Source: a virus
Taxonomy: Duplodnaviria; Caudoviricetes
Reading direction: 5' to 3' (one strand)
Length of the DNA: 64,000 bases
Virus record (IMG/VR): IMGVR_UViG_3300046615_000115
Location: 24,820-88,819 of that record
Shown: positions 63,636 to 64,000 of the stretch, in pieces
Layout of the letters: each line of letters opens with the position of its first letter
Position numbering within the stretch: the first letter of the stretch is position 1
The notes under the pieces: model-generated
Databases searched by the model: none
What the model was told of the DNA's origin: nothing
What the model saw: the letters and a program-made list of their open reading frames with translations, nothing else
Made by a program: the position numbers and the translations under genes

Positions 63636-63800
63636 GCACTTTCTTTACTCCTATACAACACAAGAGTGCAGGAGCACTTTAGGGTACATAACACCGCACT
63701 TTTAACGCACTTCTCTTATGTGCACTTTACTGAAAGCCTTATAAATCAAGGGCTGTAGGTGGGTGCACTTCTTTTATTATAATATTAATACTCTTACAAA
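63636..63800. repeat. GCACTT direct-repeat cluster plus AT-rich tract (candidate origin)
   Basis: GCACTT at 63636, 63674, 63696, 63707, 63722, 63765, then TTTTATTATAATATTAATA. Confidence 0.6.
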
Positions 63801-64000
63801 AGAGTACCTCCCAATTCCCCTCTCAGAATATCAACCGGTTACGATAAGTTATTCTGTCTCCTACCTTGTAAATATCTATGAGGTGTCTTCCAGTCTATAT
63901 AAATACTGGCTCTATTGCTGATGCGTTTAACAGTTCTTGACCCGGCTACTGCCTCAGCTTTTAAGATCCCAAAATATCTCACACGATTGTCTTGTGCACT

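Noticed and set aside
63636-63770. CRISPR array
   Set aside because: The repeat unit is only 6 bp with irregular 5-37 nt gaps, and there are no cas genes.
1-64000. Lysogeny module or prophage boundaries
   Set aside because: No integrase, repressor pair, att site or host genes in the window; content is consistent with a lytic phage, though the rest of the genome is unseen.

Overview
The window is a 64-kb slice of an AT-rich lytic myovirus genome with PAK_P1/Felix-O1-like architecture. The host is probably Pseudomonas, judged from an SSB-type tail DFDSFDDDIPF and the style of the tail fibre; this is inference. Layout: (1) 1-12.5 kb, + strand, replication and nucleotide metabolism: SSB-like 3' end, 5'-3' exonuclease, HNH, phosphoesterase, HAD nucleotidase, dUTPase, ThyX and class II RNR. 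(2) 13.2-51.7 kb, - strand, late block: a small Pol A/T7-RNAP-fold protein, Zn-finger genes, tailspike, putative TerS, a fibre module, TerL, portal, protease, scaffold, capsid, neck, sheath, tubes, TAC with a -1 frameshift, TMP, baseplate, tail fibre and a SAR-endolysin lysis cassette. (3) 52-64 kb, + strand, small early/middle genes with PhoH, a ClpP-like protease, dCMP deaminase and a candidate iteron origin. Eight free-standing homing-endonuclease genes are inserted. No canonical tRNA, integrase, CRISPR array or intron was seen. The main candidate novel system has two parts. One is a ~340-nt non-coding RNA (48.9-49.25 kb) with a tRNA-like double-T-loop 5' domain and five hairpins whose C/U-rich loops are anti-Shine-Dalgarno. 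One loop is an 11-nt perfect complement of the RBS of the other part, a nearby 416-aa miniature single-subunit RNA-polymerase-like gene. A second ~300-nt structured RNA lies at 45.06-45.36 kb. All structures were folded by eye, not computed.
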